Positions 60,263 through 64,000 of a stretch of 64,000 nt of DNA are shown in pieces. The notes under the pieces were generated by a model, which searched no databases, had not been told where the DNA came from, and saw only the letters and a program-made list of their open reading frames with translations. The DNA comes from Ramazzottius varieornatus (lineage: Eukaryota > Animalia > Tardigrada), in contig BDGG01000003.1 of NCBI GenBank assembly GCA_001949185.1, positions 2,587,158-2,651,157 on the forward strand, read 5' to 3'. The position numbers and the translations under genes were made by a program. How positions within the stretch are numbered: the first letter of the stretch is position 1; each line of letters starts with the position of its first letter.

Positions 60263-61687
60263 TCAAAACAGCGGTCGTGGTCGAAGGTCCCGGCTGTTCG
60301 TGTAGCCAGGATAATTGACCGCGCCTCTGTATCCTTCACTTTCGCCGTACTCCTCCACCTCGTAGGCTCGCACGTAAGGCCGAGGAACTTCCTGTGCACC
60401 ATATCTTTGAGGGTAAGCCTCTGTTCGGTCATATTTGCCTTCCGGATAGGAGTAGGCTTTCTTCACCGGCGGACGATTGTCTTCCACACTTACATTCCCA
60501 TCATCCTGTCTACCTTGTGGACTCGATGGTGGCGGTTGAGGCACACCTCTGACTTCGACTTTGATTTGTGTTACTGACGACATCACCTCCGGTTGGGGCT
60601 GGGCTTGTGGTTGCCCAACTGGACCAGGTGGAGGCAGTGCCGGTCTTTGGTTGGGGGTAGCATTCGACGGAGGTCCTGGCAGGACTACTGGGGCGGGCAT
60701 TTCCGGACCATTCGGCTGACCAATTGGCAGTTCTTCACTACCAGGAGACAACGGAGGAGTGGCTGGACGTACAAGTGTTGGACGTCCGGGAGGACTTTCG
60801 GGTCCCACAGCTGGAACCTCTGCGAGCTTCTCGGTCGCCTTGACTGGTTTGGTTTCATAGCCTCCATACTTCTTAGGTTTCTTCTTGTGAATGACAGGTT
60901 GTAGTACGATCTTTGCGGCTTCTGGCTTGTACTCGTAGGCTTTGACCGGTTCTTCCTTGTAGGAAACAGGCTCAACGTAAGGGGCGTACGTCGTGGCCTC
61001 GTACGCGTACTGTTTGGGTTCGTGGATAACACCAACAGCAACAACTTGCAGAGACTGAGAAGGCGCACCCGCCACAGGAGGAAAACCTTCGAAGCTCCCT
61101 GTTAAAGACACAATTTGGTTACCTAGCCGAACGTGTGGCTAAAGATCCGAAGTTAGACGGACGTGACTAAGTCTTGTCAACCGTCAACTGTTATCTCAAG
61201 TGGCGCGCGGTCCCATTGTTATGGGCTGACAGGGTGCGCCATTCAAGATATTGATCTTGTACGTCGTGTTTGCCCCGTTCCCAAATCGACAACGAAATTC
61301 CGTACCTGAGCCGGAGTTGGATTCGGATGAGCCATACTCGAACGAACCAGAACCAGATGAGTCAAAGCCCAGAGGGAAAGGTGCCACGCCATCAGGGGCC
61401 GGAAGCGGAGGTCCAACGAGACGAACGATGGGCTGGATGGGTACCCCGGGAGATGGCGCTGCAGGCGGCAACGGTAAAGGCAACGGTGGAGCAATACGGA
61501 ACGCCGCCAGCGGAGGAGCTCGTCCGATGAACGGTACTGGAGCAAGCGGAAATCCAAATGGACTGAATGGAGCAAAAGGAGGAAATGGTCGTCCTTCTTC
61601 GGAGCTGTCCGCTGTGACGTATTTTCGTCCAATTATGATGAAGAGAATGACCCATGCGCGAAGTGCTAATGCACGAGGAAGATCCAT
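60263..61687 (-). CDS. Secreted Pro-rich low-complexity protein (cuticle/ECM-like)
   Basis: Exons ~61687-61306 and ~61098-60263. Signal peptide, PFPPFAPFSPF and poly-Pro, with Tyr/Glu/Lys motifs (YAYE, AYEYKPE, KKYGGYE). TATAAA at ~61820. Confidence 0.7.
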
Positions 61688-63049
61688 TGAGTCGTCGGAC
61701 AGTAAGCGAGTAGCGAAGACCCAGCTAGCTTTCAGACGTGAGAGAAAGAAAAGTTTACTTCGCGGAGCACACTGTAAAATCCGAGAGTGTTCTCGATCGT
61801 TGTGAGACGGCGGTGCTCTTTATAAACAAAAAAGAAATTTTTTAGCTTGCTCTCCAGTTTCATTTTTCTCAAAGGGTGTTAAAGTATCCTGACGGACTGC
61901 GAAGATGCACTCGTACAAGCCATCTGGGGCGAGTGTAACCGAAGGCGATCGATTGTTTCAAGTGGCGTGATGAGGAGGAATACTCGCTACGCATGTGTGA
62001 GACTCCAAGCACGCCGATCAAACATATCAACCATAGTTTTCGGGACTTCCGGGGTGCTGAACAGGTGCATCGGGTTGCCGCTGCTTTTTTCTTGATTTGC
62101 AAATCACAAGAGCGTAAAGTGATAGGTAGAAGATCTGATTGCGGATCACGACAGAGATGAGTACTTACCTAGACTTAACACCCGGCATTTCGAAACATAA
62201 TCACCTGCTCTTCACCAACATGAAGAAAATGCTTTTTTTCCCCGCGGAAATGGATCAGATAATCTGAGCCCTCTTTCTTTTCTCGCTACGTATGTGCTAC
62301 GTAATTTTCACAGTAGTCTTCTGTGGTTCCAACTTCTATCTGAATATCAATATTTGCATGCAGTATAAAAGGGGAAGTTTTAATTATGGAGCGGCACGTG
62401 ATTACATCCAGTGCGCTAACATGACACCTTATATATTTTCTCGTTACATTGTCCTGGATCTCATCCGTCATGATGAGTTCAGGGGCATAACTACCGTGAA
62501 AGGCATCGTTTTTACCAAGAAGAAGCATAAAAAACAAAGGGAAAGTGCTCCGCACACCACCGAAAACCACCATTGTCTCCGCACACAGCCTGTCACCGCC
62601 GTAGTCTCCTAATACCACCTTTTCACCACCGTTAATTAATTAGAATTTCAAATCTCTGCGCACCACTCTTGTCCGGAGGTCTCTCAAGCGTCTTTCTCAG
62701 GCGTCTTTCTCAAGCAAAGAACTGCGGAAGTGGTTTTTAGACTGTTCAATAGTAAAAAGATCGAAAAACTGTTACTTTCGGGAGACCTGGTACCAGAGTG
62801 GGATAACGAAGCCCGGTCACTATACTGTATTCCCCCGATTTCTTCGCGAAGCTACGTCACACGTACGTACAGACTGCCCGCAAGTAAAAACGGACCGCCT
62901 GGGCCATAGAACTGATTGTTTGATCAGCCTTTTCCCGAGAAGACTGATGAATAAGTTTCCCAACAAGTCTTCCGACGAAGAAGATACCAGTGGGAGATTT
63001 TGTGTGGGCTTTGGTGTGTTGATCTTGAACGCTAGAGATGGGGAGACCA

Positions 63050-64000
63050 CATGCTATGTACAGAGTCAGCGAAGCACTGAGGAATGTGCGCGGACAGGAA
63101 CAGAGTGGGAAGTCGGTGAATGCGCACGCGAAACTGGTTACAATTCCTGAATCGACGATAAGAGGATGGAGGTAACACAATCGTTCAGAATCCTTAACGT
63201 AGAGTCCAGTCTGATAATTACGCTTTGCAGGAAAAAGCTACCGAAAGGCACGTACAAAAGCCGAAGAAAGCCAGTCTACGAGGACGTTGAGAGACGGGTT
63301 TACCCGGAGTTTGTAAGGACAAGAAACGTTGGGCTTCCGGTCCGCGACACCGACATTCGTATCTGGGCAGTGCAGTCTGCAAAATCCCTCAACTTGAACG
63401 ACTGTAAAGCCTCCAACGGATGGCTTTATCCAATAAAGAAGAAGTACCGTTTGACTTACAGAGCAACAACAAAAGTGGGTAGAAAGACCAAACCCTCGGC
63501 TGAAGATGAGGTAGCTTCTGATTTTCCGCCTAGATTTCTTGGTGTTTCCTCTCAGCCCTGCTGAAAAGATTTGTCGTACGCTGAACCGGTATTTCTTTCG
63601 ACAGAAAGAGGAGCACGAGTTCATGGAACGCGTTGAAGAAATCGTCACGCTAGAGGACACTCACCCAAGCAGAATCATAAATTTTGATCAGATCAGCGTT
63701 TTACTGCAAAACACGTATGGTAAAACTCTTGTCGCCGATTGGTGAAAAGCAGGTGCTTGTGACCCAGGCACCGGGTGAGAAGGAAAGATTTACGGTGGGA
63801 CTTGCCGTAACTGGCGATGGGCGAAAGTTTCCTGCTGCTATACTCTTCAAAGGGGAAGCGAAGACCGGAAAGTTGTCGGGAAGGATCGTAAACAAGTTAG
63901 TGACACCGGACAACGTTATCGTGTACAGTACACGAACGGCGTGGTGGAACTCTCGTCTAGATTTGGAATGGATCGACGATTTTTTTTATGGTAAAGACCT
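63050..64000 (+). mobile_element. pogo/Tigger-family transposase relic (CENP-B HTH + DDE_1), intron-containing and frameshifted, running off the window
   Basis: YEDVERRVYPEFVRTRNVGLPV..CKASNGWL..KKKYRL, GT-AG intron ~63511-63604, IINFDQ, frameshift at ~63731, then GEKERFTVGLAVTGDGRKFPAAILFKG..AWWNS..EWI. Confidence 0.85.

Noticed and set aside
61251-61805. 184-aa Gly-rich plus-strand ORF
   Set aside because: Antisense shadow of the Pro-rich secreted gene, which has the signal peptide, TATA box and splice sites.

Overview
This is gene-dense eukaryotic (animal) DNA with short GT-AG introns, mostly 45-100 nt, so the six-frame ORF track fragments or misses many genes. The compactness and gene content suggest a small invertebrate, possibly a tardigrade, but this is inference only. 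All gene models below were spliced by hand and checked for phase. Left to right: (1) A cluster of five secreted proteins (1.7-14.2 kb) built from Cys-bracketed cadherin-like repeats that lack the calcium linker motifs and/or a shared CX4C-aromatic micro-motif. (2) A 10-exon gene, largely invisible in the ORF track, encoding cold-shock domain + UBA + UBA + RING + RING. It resembles an IAP whose BIR domains are replaced by an RNA-binding domain. (3) AGGF1, aprataxin, a decayed SUMO copy, a Maelstrom homologue that appears internally deleted, an intact SUMO, elongin B, a clan-2 cytochrome P450, a divergent RanGAP, an unorthodox aquaporin, DCST2/SPE-42, a RanBP2-type zinc-finger protein, and a Vasa with an N-terminal RRM and RFGG repeats at both ends. 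(4) A Gly/His-rich propeptide, a catalytically dead astacin, a non-amidated CCHamide-like precursor, a Pro-rich secreted protein and an intron-containing pogo/Tigger transposase relic. Non-coding DNA holds several MITEs (TA-flanked Tc1/mariner type and an 8-bp-TSD hAT type) and a dispersed palindrome of fixed 45-bp span (AGTGGCGCAC-N25-GTGCGCCACT) found in introns of seven genes, with a 49-bp variant in an eighth.
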